Made by a program: the position numbers and the translations under genes. Under the pieces are notes generated by a model. The model was not told the DNA's origin, did no database searches, and saw only the letters and a program-made list of their open reading frames with translations. This document shows positions 52,178-52,984 of a DNA stretch of 52,984 bases, one piece after another. How positions within the stretch are numbered: the first letter of the stretch is position 1; each line of letters begins with the position of its first letter. Source of the stretch: a virus; IMG/VR virus record IMGVR_UViG_3300028602_000019, positions 1 through 52,984 of that record. One strand, written 5' to 3'.

Positions 52178-52489
52178 TTATTTTTTCATTAAATCACAGC
52201 ATTTTTCAAACATACTATTAGTATATTCGCAATCATTCTCGAAATCTGATATATTTATTTGATATTCTCCATCTATTCTGTTTCTTCTATCCTGACACCA
52301 TTTGTCAATCAATAGTTTAGCACTTTCTGATGACATTTCTATCCCTCCTTTATCTTTTATATACATATACGGTGTTGCACATCCATTACAGAATATAACT
52401 TGACCTGTTATTCCTTCTCTAACTGTATGTGTATATATGATATATTCAGGATTGTCTTCGTTTTTGTTGTATCTGAATCCTTCATTCAT
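52178..52489 (-). CDS. Terminal-family protein
   Basis: MNEGFRYNKNEDNPEY...SESAKLLIDKWCQDRRNRIDGEY aligns with ORFs 359..697 and 52549..52818. Confidence 0.5.
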   Translation of the reverse strand: MNEGFRYNKNEDNPEYIIYTHTVREGITGQVIFCNGCATPYMYIKDKGGIEMSSESAKLLIDKWCQDRRNRIDGEYQINISDFENDCEYTNSMFEKCCDLMKK

Positions 52490-52548
52490 ATTTGTGTATC
52501 TCCTTCAACCTATATGACCCCTTCTATACTCATTTAATTTCTATCCAA

Positions 52549-52818
52549 TCACATCCCTCTCTCCACTCTCTCCAACACCTCTCTCATCTCCCTTTCCACC
52601 TCTCTCCCCATCTCCCTATACGTCTCTCTATACCACATCTTAACAATCTCCACTGCACTCTCCCTTCTAATCTTCACTCCCTCATACTCCTCTCTAATCC
52701 CGTCTCCGTATATCAACACCGCACCCTCTCTATTCTCCCATACCTCTACTCTTCCCTCTCTGCAATGCACTATACGCAACACTTCTCCTTTCTCCGAGTA
52801 ATACCATCCTTTCTTCAT
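52549..52818 (-). CDS. Terminal-family protein encoded by an almost cytosine-free mRNA
   Basis: The ORF track start is 52836. The internal ATG at 52818 gives MKKGWYYSEKGE, mirroring the left-end gene. The protein is dominated by E, R, G, V, Y, M, K and W. Confidence 0.5.
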   Translation of the reverse strand: MKKGWYYSEKGEVLRIVHCREGRVEVWENREGAVLIYGDGIREEYEGVKIRRESAVEIVKMWYRETYREMGREVEREMREVLERVERGM

Positions 52819-52857
52819 CTCATACCCTCTATACATATATCTTCTTCATACTATATA

Positions 52858-52984
52858 TCTACACACCCTACTATCCTCATCATATCTAATCTACACTCTC
52901 TCTATCTTCACATATTCCACATAGCATATCCTACGCTTTCCTTTATCTATACTGTACTTAAGATATGCTTCCGACTTCAGAGGA
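52858..52984. repeat. Right inverted terminal repeat (ITR)
   Basis: Exact reverse complement of 1-127. Confidence 0.95.

Noticed and set aside
1-52984. Search for tRNA, rRNA, CRISPR or mini-CRISPR arrays, integrase or attachment sites, and transposase genes
   Set aside because: No cloverleaf-like GC-rich segment, no regularly spaced direct repeats of 25-40 nt and no recombinase or transposase motif were seen by eye. Absence is provisional until tRNAscan-type, CRISPR-finder and profile searches are run.

Overview
The window looks like a complete linear dsDNA genome (52,984 bp) of an AT-rich archaeal head-tail virus, bounded by perfect 127-bp inverted terminal repeats. The archaeal assignment rests on an encoded RadA recombinase with an N-terminal HhH domain, a PCNA sliding clamp, repeated TATA-box type promoters and many small zinc-ribbon ORFs. 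All functional calls come from motifs read by eye; no database search was possible. Layout: (i) 1-700, terminal genes reading inward. (ii) 797-34485, minus strand: a diversity-generating retroelement (RT, TR, and VR in a C-terminal lectin-like tail protein). It is followed by the tail fibre and baseplate genes, the tape measure with G/T chaperones and a candidate -1 frameshift, and the major tail protein. Next come two extra tape-measure paralogs, neck proteins, decoration proteins, the major capsid protein, a protease/scaffold polyprotein and the portal. The block ends with zinc-ribbon proteins, RadA and a D5-like helicase. (iii) 34486-34943, a divergent control region with iterated motifs. 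(iv) 34944-42626, plus strand: PCNA, a Cas4-like nuclease, an SF2 helicase and two transglutaminase-like peptidases. (v) 42620-45783, minus strand: TerL, TerS-like, a small membrane protein and ThyX. (vi) 45886-52162, plus strand: about 25 small ORFs. (vii) 52178-52836, mirror-image terminal genes. I found no tRNA, rRNA, CRISPR array, integrase, DNA polymerase, primase or protelomerase. The most notable points are the DGR, ITRs combined with a terminase and extreme cytosine depletion at both ends, a triplicated tape-measure-like gene, and a ferritin-like module inside the scaffold polyprotein.
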